From Dehalococcoidia bacterium (GTDB lineage Bacteria > Chloroflexota > Dehalococcoidia > Lucifugimonadales > Lucifugimonadaceae), in NCBI GenBank assembly GCA_965204135.1, contig CBDBDX010000012.1, positions 35,503-99,502 on the forward strand: 64,000 bases of DNA, given 5' to 3'. The notes beneath the pieces were generated by a model. The model searched no databases and was not told the origin of the DNA. It was given only the letters and a program-made list of their open reading frames with translations. The translations under genes and the position numbers were made by a program. Positions 37,176 through 46,433 of the stretch are shown in pieces (within the stretch, counting starts at the first letter, position 1; every line of letters starts with the position of its first letter).

Positions 37176-38027
37176 CTACCCCAACCCCCGCCAGTATCGC
37201 CGACCTTCCCATCGGACCATCATCCCCCAACCCGGCGGACTCAAATGGCTCCCCAAAACGGTGATGCCCTCGCGCTCCGCTCGGTCCAGCACTTCGTGCC
37301 GTACCTTCATCGCCTCCGCCGGATCAGTATCTAGCGCGAACGGTAGATCGGTATCCGTTGCGTGCATCGGGTTGATCAAAATATCGCCCACAAATAGCGC
37401 CCGTTCCTTACCCGAAGCCAGCATCAACGCCATGTGTCCCGGCGTATGCCCCGGCGTCGGAACCGCCATCACGCCATTCGCCAACTCCGTCTCGCCGTCC
37501 ATCAGATCCAACACCCCGATCTTCTCCAGCGGAATCACGCTCCGCTCGATCGGCTCCATACCAAACTCGCTGTCTTCATCCGGAACGGTGAAATGATCCC
37601 AATCCGCACGATGAACCGTGTACCGAGCGTTCGAGAACGTCGGAACATTGGGCGTTGCTGGATCGATGTTCCAACCGACGTGGTCCGCATGAAGATGCGA
37701 CATGAACACAGTGTCGATCTCGTCCGTCTTCACGCCCTTGCGCACAAAGTCATCCATCAACTCCGCGGATGTCTCCGAACCCAACATCTTCCCGTGCGGA
37801 CCGAACCCCGTGTCCGCAATCACATTCTTCCCTCCCGACGACATCACAAACACACCCAGATTCATCAAGAAGCGCTGACCCGAAAAACACTCTGGAAATA
37901 TGTCGTAGTAGTGAGACCAGTGTTCCAGCGAGGTCTCTGGAAACATCAGCCGCGGGTCAAACACTACGTTCCCGTCGCTAAGGGACGTAACACGGATGTC
38001 GCCAACGTTCAAGATCTCGTTACTCAA
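37176..38027 (-). CDS. MBL-fold metallo-hydrolase (paralog 2)
   Basis: SHLHADHVGW (HxHxDH), TPGHTPGH. TTG start. Confidence 0.8.
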   Translation of the reverse strand: MSNEILNVGDIRVTSLSDGNVVFDPRLMFPETSLEHWSHYYDIFPECFSGQRFLMNLGVFVMSSGGKNVIADTGFGPHGKMLGSETSAELMDDFVRKGVKTDEIDTVFMSHLHADHVGWNIDPATPNVPTFSNARYTVHRADWDHFTVPDEDSEFGMEPIERSVIPLEKIGVLDLMDGETELANGVMAVPTPGHTPGHMALMLASGKERALFVGDILINPMHATDTDLPFALDTDPAEAMKVRHEVLDRAEREGITVLGSHLSPPGWGMMVRWEGRRYWRGLG

Positions 38028-38030
38028 GGT

Positions 38031-38882
38031 CTAGAGCCCCTTCCAGTAGCGTCTCCCTTGCCATCGGACCAACGTCCCCCAACCCGGCGGGCTAAGATGG
38101 CTACCCAGCACGATCATCTCCTCGCGCTCAGCCATGTCCAAGAGATGATGCCGTGTGCGAATCCCTTCTTCCTTGTCGGTGTCCGGCCAATAGGTCAAAT
38201 CAGGGTCCGTGACATGCATCGGAGACCCCAATACGTCGCCGATCAGCAGCACCCGCTCGCGCCCCGATGAGACCAGCAGGCTCATGTGCCCGGGCGTATG
38301 CCCCGGTGTATGTATCGCCTGGATCCCCGGCGCAAGTTCGGTCTCTCCCTCCATCAGATCCAACACCTCCGCCTCCTCCAAGGGGATCACGCTCCGTTTG
38401 ACGGCGTCCCCACGAAGAGAATCCGCCAGTATTTCCTCAGACGTGAAATGCTCCCAGTCCGCACGATGCACGGTGTAGCGCGCATTCTCAAACGTGGGCT
38501 TCGATAGCTCTTCCGGGCGGGTGTTCCAGCCGACATGATCGCCGTGCAGGTGTGTCAGAAAAACCGTGTCAACCTCATCCGTACCGATGCCCTTGCGTTC
38601 GAAGTCGTTAAGCAGGTCAGCAGGAGTGTCCGAACCAAGCATCTGACCATGCGGGCCAAACCCCGTATCCGCTACCAGGGTCTTATCGCCTGACCGCATT
38701 ACGAACACACCGAGATTCAACAGGAAATACGGCTTCGCGAAATACTCAGGGAAGATGTCATAGTACTGTTCCCAATGCTCTAACGGAGTGTCCGGAAACG
38801 TTATCCGCTGGTCGAAAACCAAACGACCATCGCTGAGAGAGGTGATGGCTATATCGCCTACATTCAGGACATCGTTAGGCAT
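38031..38882 (-). CDS. MBL-fold metallo-hydrolase (paralog 1)
   Basis: THLHGDHVGW, TPGHTPGH. 283 aa, collinear with the downstream paralog. Confidence 0.8.
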   Translation of the reverse strand: MPNDVLNVGDIAITSLSDGRLVFDQRITFPDTPLEHWEQYYDIFPEYFAKPYFLLNLGVFVMRSGDKTLVADTGFGPHGQMLGSDTPADLLNDFERKGIGTDEVDTVFLTHLHGDHVGWNTRPEELSKPTFENARYTVHRADWEHFTSEEILADSLRGDAVKRSVIPLEEAEVLDLMEGETELAPGIQAIHTPGHTPGHMSLLVSSGRERVLLIGDVLGSPMHVTDPDLTYWPDTDKEEGIRTRHHLLDMAEREEMIVLGSHLSPPGWGTLVRWQGRRYWKGL

Positions 38883-38928
38883 TGCTACAGTGTAGCAACA
38901 TCAATGCCTAACCTAATGCAATTGACGG

Positions 38929-40848
38929 TCATTGACCCGCGAAGCAGTCCGCAGAATCGTTTAGTGCTTGATCGAACGCCGGAATCACTGCCGCGCGTCC
39001 TTGTGGAAGCAGTGCCTTGTCCACCTTCCCAGTAATGCACATCGCGGCCTCGTCCGATACGCGGGCACCGTCCGGCGCGCCGGGCAATTCAATACCGCAT
39101 GATTGAAGCCCGAACAGCAACGCCACCAGATCGCCCGCCTTGATTTCGTTGCGCGCACCAATATCTGCGTACGCCCTCAACGACGTGTTACGCGGATTCT
39201 CATGGTTCACTAGTTCCCCCAGCAAGCAGGTCAGCTCCGCCCCTTCCAAACTGCCGATGCTCGCAGGCAGCTCCAAGAAATCAGTTGCAACGCCGCACTC
39301 GTTGTACGCCGAGACTGCCTCCGCATGTTCCTCCACACCCGGCACCCAAACCCGGTCCAGCAGAACCTCACCGAAGCGCACATCGCCTAGCGAATCCGCG
39401 ATGCAAATCGCGGCCTCTTCAGACATCACCGTACCGTCATTCAACTGATATCCCGCGTCGCCTTGCCGACATCCGATGTCGGCAATCATGAAAGCGGTGA
39501 AGTTCGTGAAAAAGTGATCCATCGCTTCCCGGTCCCTGGTGTCGGGCTGCACCACAGGCTCGAAATACTTCGCCGCGCCTAGCTCCTCAACCATGCACTC
39601 CTGAACATCGATGAAGGTCTTGCCCGAACCGATCGGCTCACGCCCCGGCTGGTTCGCGTACAACGCTTCCTCAAAAGCAACCCGCTCGCCCGCCGTCAGG
39701 CAGAAGTGCGCCGTTATCCACTCCTCTGAAACCTGTGTCGCATCGAATATGCCGAACAACGGCTTCAGCGTCGGATTCTTCAACTCCCCCTCGATGCAAG
39801 ACATCGTCTCATCTGACAGCTCCGGCCCCAAGATCGATATCCGGCCGGCAGCAATGTTGCGCGTCGTAGCATCGCTCAAACACTTGTCGAAATTCTCTAC
39901 CATTTCCAACGGCGGCCTGAACCCGCTCGTGAACATCTCCTCGACAGCCTCTTCGCCACCTGCATACGCCGTCATACAAGTAACCTCGCCCTTTGGCAAC
40001 GACGCCAAGAAGCCCCTCACGTCAGTTACGTAATCCACCAGAATCGGCTCGAATCCCGCCGCTGCCGCATCGAACTCCGACGCTTCAGCCGTCGCCTGTG
40101 TAAACAGTTCATCCGCAATCTGCGTAGCCTCAGCGCGCGCAGCATTCGGATTCGTCGCGCTGACCAAGATGATGTCAAATGTCAAAGTGGCGTTACCCGG
40201 TATCACCGGCGGCGAACCAGCCGCTCCGTAGGCCAAATCAGGCGGTATCACCACGCGACGACGCTCGCCGACCTTCATCTCGGTTAGCGACATCTGCCAA
40301 CCTGGAATTACCGCACCTACCGGAAAGACAGTTGGTTCCGACCGTGTGTACGAGCTGTCGAAAACGCATCCATCTTCCAGCCAACCCGTGTACTGAACGT
40401 CCACCTCCCAGTCCAGATTCGGCTGTGCACCCTCGCCTTCTTTGATCGTCACGAACTGCAAGCCGTTCGCGTCCTCCGAAAAGTCACCCTCATCCGCGTC
40501 ATCAAGCTGTGGGGCGTGAGGCGGGTAAACTTCGTTCAAGCAAGTCGAACCCCACTCGTCGAACACCGTCGCCAACGCTTCGTCTTTCGTAATCTCCCCG
40601 TTCGATGCCGGACGCTGCGTCGCTGGTGCCGGTTCCGAGTTAACCGTCGCCGTCGCCTCTGGTGTCGCCGTGTTCTCAACCACTGGCACACTTGTCGGCG
40701 CAATCGTTGGCTCATCCTCACCCGAACAACCGACGACTAACAGCAGAGAGAGAAACGTCGCCAGCGTCAAAGGCCATATAAACCGCGAAAGAGTTGATTT
40801 GATCCGACTATCTGTGGCGAAAAAGCGCGGTGGTTCGATCAATGACAT
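38929..40848 (-). CDS. lipoprotein with FKBP-type peptidyl-prolyl isomerase domain and about 400-aa Cys-repeat C-terminal region
   Basis: Signal/lipobox LLLVVGCSG. FKBP core VQYTGWLEDGCVFDSS...FPVGAVIPGW...PPDLAYG...LTFDIILV. Confidence 0.75.
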   Translation of the reverse strand: MSLIEPPRFFATDSRIKSTLSRFIWPLTLATFLSLLLVVGCSGEDEPTIAPTSVPVVENTATPEATATVNSEPAPATQRPASNGEITKDEALATVFDEWGSTCLNEVYPPHAPQLDDADEGDFSEDANGLQFVTIKEGEGAQPNLDWEVDVQYTGWLEDGCVFDSSYTRSEPTVFPVGAVIPGWQMSLTEMKVGERRRVVIPPDLAYGAAGSPPVIPGNATLTFDIILVSATNPNAARAEATQIADELFTQATAEASEFDAAAAGFEPILVDYVTDVRGFLASLPKGEVTCMTAYAGGEEAVEEMFTSGFRPPLEMVENFDKCLSDATTRNIAAGRISILGPELSDETMSCIEGELKNPTLKPLFGIFDATQVSEEWITAHFCLTAGERVAFEEALYANQPGREPIGSGKTFIDVQECMVEELGAAKYFEPVVQPDTRDREAMDHFFTNFTAFMIADIGCRQGDAGYQLNDGTVMSEEAAICIADSLGDVRFGEVLLDRVWVPGVEEHAEAVSAYNECGVATDFLELPASIGSLEGAELTCLLGELVNHENPRNTSLRAYADIGARNEIKAGDLVALLFGLQSCGIELPGAPDGARVSDEAAMCITGKVDKALLPQGRAAVIPAFDQALNDSADCFAGQ

Positions 40849-41013
40849 AGAGGCGGTGGTCTAAGGTTCGATCACCAGCGCCTCAAAACCGATGGCGCTA
40901 AGCCACGAACACGAATTCGCCGAATTATACAAAACCGCCTTCGCCAACCAGCTTCAACGAGGCGTGACGATCAGGCCCAATCGATAAGACAATTCCTTAT
41001 CAAGAGTCGCTCG

Positions 41014-42387
41014 TTGCACCTGTGGTACCTTTCCCTGATGATGCCCGCGCTCTCAATCCCTCGTCGAGGCCCGCTACTCGACGCGTGGCTATTCTTCGTC
41101 GGAAGATTTGTTAGAGACGGTGCACGGTCTCTACTAGCGGTGCTTGCCGTTATCTACCTCGTCGAGATCGGCTTCAGCAACACTCAAGTCGGTATCATCT
41201 TCGGCTTCAGCCTTGCCGGCGGCTTCGTCGTTTCCGTCGCAGTTATGCTCACCAGTCGAGCGATTCCGACTCGGATCTGGTCGGTCGCCAACATGCTGAT
41301 ACTCGCCGCGGCAGGCGTGGTATTGATCCTTTCCAACGACTTCTGGTTTCTCATACTCGGCGGATTTTTCGGCTCTTACGCCGCCAGCGGTGCCCATTGG
41401 GGCGGGATGATGCAGCTGGAGCAGACCGGAATAGCGGCCGTCATCCCACAGGAGAGGCGCACCAGAGCCTACTCCAACCTCAGCATCGCTTCATCCGCTG
41501 GACGGGCCGTCGGGGCACTACTCGCTGGGCTTTCAACCCTCCTCATCAGAACGTTCGAATGGGAGCCATTAGTCGCCTATCAAGCCGTTTTGTGGCTCTA
41601 CGTCGGCATGCACCTGCTTGCCGCTACCGTCTACACCCTTCTCTCCGATGCGACGAATCCGAGAGCCTCACCCTCTCCTTGCTCCGCAGGAGGCGAGAGG
41701 CCCTCCCCTTGCTCCGCAGGGAGAGAAAGGCCCTCCCCCTCCCCTTGCTCTGCAGGGGGAGAATCGAAGAGGGGGGCCCTATTCGTAAATCCTTTCAAAG
41801 CGAAAGCCCGACGCCCCATCCTCACCATTTCCTCCCTGTTTGCCGTCGACTCGTTCGCCGGGGGTATGATCTTCGACTCGTTCCTCAGCTTCTGGCTTTT
41901 CACCAAGTTCGATATGTCTGCAGCCGCTATCGGCGCGGTCCTCGTCGCGGGACAGGGCCTCAATGTCGTTTCACTTGTGCTCGCGCCCTGGGTCGCTAGC
42001 CGCATCGGACTGCTCAACACATTCGTTTTCACTCAAGTCGTCAGCAACATCATGCTCATATCCTTCGCCTTCGCGCCGACCGCTATCATCGCAGTCGCGC
42101 TTTGGATGCTGCGTTCACTATCCGACGAGATGGACGTGCCTACGCGGCAGTCCTACATGATGGCCATAACTGAACCACCCGAACATCCGATCATGGCCGG
42201 AACCGCCAATCTGGGACGGGGTCTCGGCCGTATACCCAGTGCCACCGTAACCGGCTGGCTCTGGGCCGGGGGACTGACGGTTACACCTTGGGTATTGGCC
42301 GGCACCATCAAACTCGCCTACAACTTCGCAATCTGGGTGGCGTTTAAGCACGTCAACGTTCCTTCTGCCTCGACGGGAGATAGATAG
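41014..42387 (+). CDS. MFS transporter with repeat-derived insertion in the central loop
   Basis: About 12 hydrophobic segments in a 6+6 layout. Start codon uncertain (TTG 41014 or a downstream ATG). Confidence 0.7.
   Translation: MHLWYLSLMMPALSIPRRGPLLDAWLFFVGRFVRDGARSLLAVLAVIYLVEIGFSNTQVGIIFGFSLAGGFVVSVAVMLTSRAIPTRIWSVANMLILAAAGVVLILSNDFWFLILGGFFGSYAASGAHWGGMMQLEQTGIAAVIPQERRTRAYSNLSIASSAGRAVGALLAGLSTLLIRTFEWEPLVAYQAVLWLYVGMHLLAATVYTLLSDATNPRASPSPCSAGGERPSPCSAGRERPSPSPCSAGGESKRGALFVNPFKAKARRPILTISSLFAVDSFAGGMIFDSFLSFWLFTKFDMSAAAIGAVLVAGQGLNVVSLVLAPWVASRIGLLNTFVFTQVVSNIMLISFAFAPTAIIAVALWMLRSLSDEMDVPTRQSYMMAITEPPEHPIMAGTANLGRGLGRIPSATVTGWLWAGGLTVTPWVLAGTIKLAYNFAIWVAFKHVNVPSASTGDR
41664..41780 (+). 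repeat. three tandem 30-36 nt hairpin units inside the MFS CDS
   Basis: ccctc(y)ccttgctc(c/t)gcagg(g)gag... occurs three times and encodes SPSPCSAGGERPSPCSAGRERPSPSPCSAGGE. Confidence 0.8.
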
Positions 42388-42410
42388 TACGAGGGTGAAC
42401 TTGAAGTAGC

Positions 42411-43211
42411 ATGTCCAAGATGCGAGTCGTTGCTCTATATCGCCACCCTGTGAAGTCCTTATACGCCGAACCCTGTGACGCATTGCAGATCACCGATGAT
42501 GGACGTGTAGCTGGCGACCGCGTCCTCGGATTCCGCTTCGACGACGCCGGCCCACTGCACGACACCAAATGGCGCCAAAAGACATGGTTCGCGTCACTGC
42601 AACATTCACCCGCGCTAGCCGATCTGTGTTGCGGTTACGAACCCGAAACTCGTCGCCTATGGCTCAAACTCCCCGACAACGACACCATTATCGAAGGCAA
42701 CATCGATGAACCTGGCGATCGGCTCTTTATCGAACTCAAAGTGAACGAGTGGTACTCGACCCTGAACGACACGCCATCAGCAATGGGACGCCGGAAACTA
42801 CCGTTGCGACTAGTCGGCAACGGCACCGACGGCCGCTTCCACGACACGTCTGCCGGACTGGCTACACTCCACTCCCGCGAAAGCCTCGCCGAACTCGCAA
42901 AAGCGTCTGACCTGGCAGAAATCTCTGAACTGCGCTTCCGATCCAACATCGCGATAGAAGGCGCGAGCGCGTGGGAAGAGTTCGAATGGATCGGACGCAC
43001 TATCCGAATCGGCGGAATTCAGTTCCGAGTTCGAAAAGCTGTCACCCGATGCCTAGCCACCCACGCGAATCCCATCACCGGCGAACGTGACATCGATGTC
43101 ATGGGTACCCTGACCCGTATTGTCGGACAGGAACAACCTCAGTTCGCCGTATCGATAGCCGCGAAAAACCCCGGTACGATCCACCTCGGTGACGAAGTGA
43201 CGATTATGTGA
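42411..43211 (+). CDS. MOSC domain protein
   Basis: RFRSNIAIEG...W.G..IRIGGIQFRVRKAVTRCLATHANPITGERD. Confidence 0.8.
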   Translation: MSKMRVVALYRHPVKSLYAEPCDALQITDDGRVAGDRVLGFRFDDAGPLHDTKWRQKTWFASLQHSPALADLCCGYEPETRRLWLKLPDNDTIIEGNIDEPGDRLFIELKVNEWYSTLNDTPSAMGRRKLPLRLVGNGTDGRFHDTSAGLATLHSRESLAELAKASDLAEISELRFRSNIAIEGASAWEEFEWIGRTIRIGGIQFRVRKAVTRCLATHANPITGERDIDVMGTLTRIVGQEQPQFAVSIAAKNPGTIHLGDEVTIM

Positions 43212-43221
43212 CGCTGGCCCT

Positions 43222-44160
43222 AGCCCAGCCGACCATGATCGAAGTGCGTCCGTAGCCCCGGATTTGCCACGATGTAGTCCTTCGTGTGCATCACGATGTT
43301 CTCCTGTAACTGGATCGACATTCCACCATCCACAGGCAAAACAACCCCGGTGATGAACGACGCATCGGGCGAACATAGGAACGCGATGGCATTTGCAATA
43401 TCGGCCCGGCACTCCGGTCCTCCTCACCGGATAGTGACGCTCGAACAACCCGAACCCAGCGTCATTGCCTAACTCCGCCCACATCGCCTCGCCACGCTCC
43501 GTCACGATATGCCCAGGTGCGACCGCGTTCACAGTTATACCCAAAGGCCCAAAATCCACCGCCATCTGACGCGTCAAACCCACAACTGCGGCTTTACCAG
43601 CCTCGTATACCAACGCCCTCGGCGCCTGCAACAATCCATGCACTGACGAGATGTTCACGATCCGCCCGACCTCCCATTTTCGGCGGGTCGCCATGGCGTC
43701 GCCCTGCGCCTTTCCACTCCGGAATCTCGAATGTATCCGGATGCCCCGACGCTTCCATTGCTGGGACTCCGTACTTGGCGCCCAAGAACTGCGCACCGAC
43801 CAAAAGGTCCATCCCAGATCGCCACGCGTCAGGTTCAACATCGACAGCCGAGCCGTCCCTGCCCACGCCCCCACCGTAAGCGTTTTGAATCAAGATATCT
43901 AGACGCCCGTACTCATCGACGCATCGTTCGACCATTACTTTCGCGACCTCTTCCTGCGCCACATCTCCGACCATGTAACTCGCCGCGCCCCCGGCATCGT
44001 TGATCCGCTGGGCATTGCGCTGCGCCGCGTCCTCAACGATGTCGACGATCAGTATGCTTGCGCCGTCCTCAGCCAGCCGACGGGCGGTTCCCCCTCCGAT
44101 TCCGAGTGCACCCCCGGTGACGATTCCTGCACGCCCTGCAAGTGGTTTGTGGTGAGACAT
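43222..44160 (-). pseudogene. SDR oxidoreductase with at least two frameshifts
   Basis: The gene is spread over three frames. N-terminus: GIVTGGALGIGG...NAYGG. Middle: GRIVNISSVHG...YEAGKAAVVGLTR...NAVAPG. C-terminus: [31 protein letters not shown]. Confidence 0.75.
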
Positions 44161-44246
44161 GAGCGTTCGTTCCCCCGTCCTTATCAAGTTGATGGAGTTA
44201 TCTTACATCCAACCGCACCAGAGCCATGCGGTATCGTTGTAACTAG

Positions 44247-44870
44247 ATGCTCCTCATCGACCCCATCTCGTCCCGCAAAACGGCCCTCCGCGTCGCTGCG
44301 CCGTTCGCCTTCGCAGTCGCAACTTTGCTACTTGGGGCGACGGTGTTCGCCCAACCACTGACACTCACTTCGGGCCCGTATGTTGTCGTAGCTGACGAAA
44401 ACGTCGGAAACTACCGCGTCATCGTTCATCAATCCCCCGAACGAGTGATCGTTGGCACCCTGACATACGCCGTACAGGTTCACGTCCGCGAAACCGACGC
44501 GAACGTCCCCGACGCCATCGTCAAGGTCTACGCCACACCATCCGAGCACGGCGTAAAACAAGTCGCGCCTGCACTTAACTCTCCTGCTGACCGCGAGTAC
44601 TACGTCGGCAGGCTAGAGATTGAAGAGAAGGGCGTTTGGGCCATCGATGTCGTCATCGAACACCCGGAACACGGCGAAGAGACGCTCATCCTTGTTGCCG
44701 AAGTGTTCGAACGCTCCAGGGGCGGTGACAACCTTGTCCTAGGTACAATCCTCTGGGTCTTCGTTTCCATCGCCTTCGTTGGCATCGCCATTTACCTAGT
44801 CAGGAAGTCGAGACGAGCGCGCACCGAGCTCGAACGCATCCGCAACCAGAGCCAACAACCCAACGGCTAA
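44247..44870 (+). CDS. hypothetical exported protein with C-terminal TM anchor
   Basis: N-terminal signal-like AFAVATLLLGATVFA. C-terminal TM ILWVFVSIAFVGIAIYLV. Confidence 0.5.
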   Translation: MLLIDPISSRKTALRVAAPFAFAVATLLLGATVFAQPLTLTSGPYVVVADENVGNYRVIVHQSPERVIVGTLTYAVQVHVRETDANVPDAIVKVYATPSEHGVKQVAPALNSPADREYYVGRLEIEEKGVWAIDVVIEHPEHGEETLILVAEVFERSRGGDNLVLGTILWVFVSIAFVGIAIYLVRKSRRARTELERIRNQSQQPNG

Positions 44871-44887
44871 AACCGAGGTATCCGATC

Positions 44888-46090
44888 ATGTCTCAGATAT
44901 CGAACGTCAGGATCCGACACGTCTTTGGAACTATAGAAACCGACAGCGAGTTCTGGGAAGAACGTCTCGTAATGCCGCTTGACGTTTACGAGGAGTTCCG
45001 GGGATCGCAGCGACGGGCTAATCTCTACGCGGACCAATCGAGTACAAACCGCATGGAGCACGACGCTTACTTCATCCAGATCGAAACCGACGACGGCGCG
45101 ATCGGCATCGGTGGTCCAGTAGACGAAACCGTCGCCTACCTCGTCGACAAACACCTTACGCCTTTCCTACTGAACCGCAACCCCATGGCCACGGAGTTCC
45201 TGTGGGACATCATGCACCGTTCTCAAGTACACGGACGCCACGGCCAAGCGATGATGGCGATATCGGTAGTTGACTGCGCTCTCTGGGATCTGAAGGGCAG
45301 AGTTCTCAACGTTCCGGTATACACGCTCCTCGGCGGCCCGACCCGCGACAAAGTACCAGCCTACGCATCGATGCTCGGATTCAACGTAACCGACACGGGA
45401 CTAGTCCGGGAACGCGCCTCATGGGCCAAATCCCTCGGCTACACGGCCCAGAAATGGTTCTTCCGATACGGACCCATGTCCGGCCACGAGGGCTTGAAGG
45501 CAAATATCGCTATGGTCGAGACCCTCCGCGACGAACTCGGCGAGGGCTACGACATCATGCTCGACTGCTGGCAGTCGATGGACGTCAACTGCGTAGTTAA
45601 ACTCGTGTCCGCCATCGAGGACTGCACACCTCGCTGGCTCGAGGAAGTCGCCATGCCCGACCGCATCGACTCATACCGCAAAATCCGCGAAAAGACCAAC
45701 ATCCCCATCTCTGGCGCCGAGCACGAATACACTCGCTGGGGCTTCAAACGCTTCATCGACGCAGAAGCCCTCGACATCCTCCAACCAGACATCTATTGGG
45801 CTGGCGGCATCTCCGAAACGCTGAAGATCATGGCCCTCGCCACCTCCGCCGACCTCATCACCATCCCTCACGGCCACTCATCACCCGCCGGCATCCACGT
45901 ATCCGTAACTCAATCACCAATCCACACTCCATACCAAGAGTTCCTAATCAAATGGAACCTAGTTCATCAACACTTCCTCGCCAACCCCATTAACCCCGTC
46001 AACGGCATGATCCATATCCCAACCGGACCCGGCATCGGCATGGACCTAGATGATGACAAAATCGAGCGCGAAGAAGAACCGAGTTGGTGA
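44888..46090 (+). CDS. enolase superfamily protein (MR/MLE family, rhamnonate-dehydratase-like)
   Basis: About 400 aa. DCALWDLKG, MLDCWQS, WLEEV, GAEHEY. Confidence 0.8.
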   Translation: MSQISNVRIRHVFGTIETDSEFWEERLVMPLDVYEEFRGSQRRANLYADQSSTNRMEHDAYFIQIETDDGAIGIGGPVDETVAYLVDKHLTPFLLNRNPMATEFLWDIMHRSQVHGRHGQAMMAISVVDCALWDLKGRVLNVPVYTLLGGPTRDKVPAYASMLGFNVTDTGLVRERASWAKSLGYTAQKWFFRYGPMSGHEGLKANIAMVETLRDELGEGYDIMLDCWQSMDVNCVVKLVSAIEDCTPRWLEEVAMPDRIDSYRKIREKTNIPISGAEHEYTRWGFKRFIDAEALDILQPDIYWAGGISETLKIMALATSADLITIPHGHSSPAGIHVSVTQSPIHTPYQEFLIKWNLVHQHFLANPINPVNGMIHIPTGPGIGMDLDDDKIEREEEPSW

Positions 46091-46142
46091 CACAATCAAC
46101 CGATATTTGACACCTATAACGTTGCAGGTTGCATTTTGAGTA

Positions 46143-46421
46143 ATGATCGTCAGTTTTCGTCATCGTGGACTTAAGCGACTTTACGACCAAGGTGACGCAC
46201 GCCGCCTCAATCCAAATCATCTGCTAAGGATCAGATCGATACTTTCGTTGCTGGACTTCGCAAACGGACCGGACGATGTTGACGTAAGCGGGTTATATCT
46301 GCACCGTCTCCGCGGCTCCCATAGCGACATATGGTCAGTTAGAGTTTCGGCGAACTGACGTATCACCTTCCGATTCGCGGGTAACGACGTAGCCGATGTT
46401 GATCTAGTGGATTACCACTAA
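46143..46421 (+). pseudogene. higB: HigB-type toxin with in-frame TGA (46356-46358) replacing the conserved Trp
   Basis: MIVSFRHRGLKRLYDQGD...WSVRVSAN-TGA-RITFRFAGNDVADVDLVDYH-TAA. The RBS aaggag and higA ATG follow the downstream TAA. Confidence 0.75.
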
Positions 46422-46433
46422 GGAGATCCGAAG

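Noticed and set aside
41664-41780. Tandem 30-36 nt repeats as a mini CRISPR array.
   Set aside because: The units are directly adjacent with no spacers, lie in-frame inside an MFS transporter CDS, and no cas genes are nearby. They belong to the hairpin repeat family.
19331-46358. Genome-wide TGA reassignment (code 4 or 25) as the explanation for the two in-frame TGAs in OsmC and higB.
   Set aside because: TGA is used as a genuine terminator by many well-supported genes here, for example the enolase gene (stop at 2741-2743), argJ (29531-29533), the MTase (1424-1426) and rpe (54385-54387). The two cases need gene-specific explanations.
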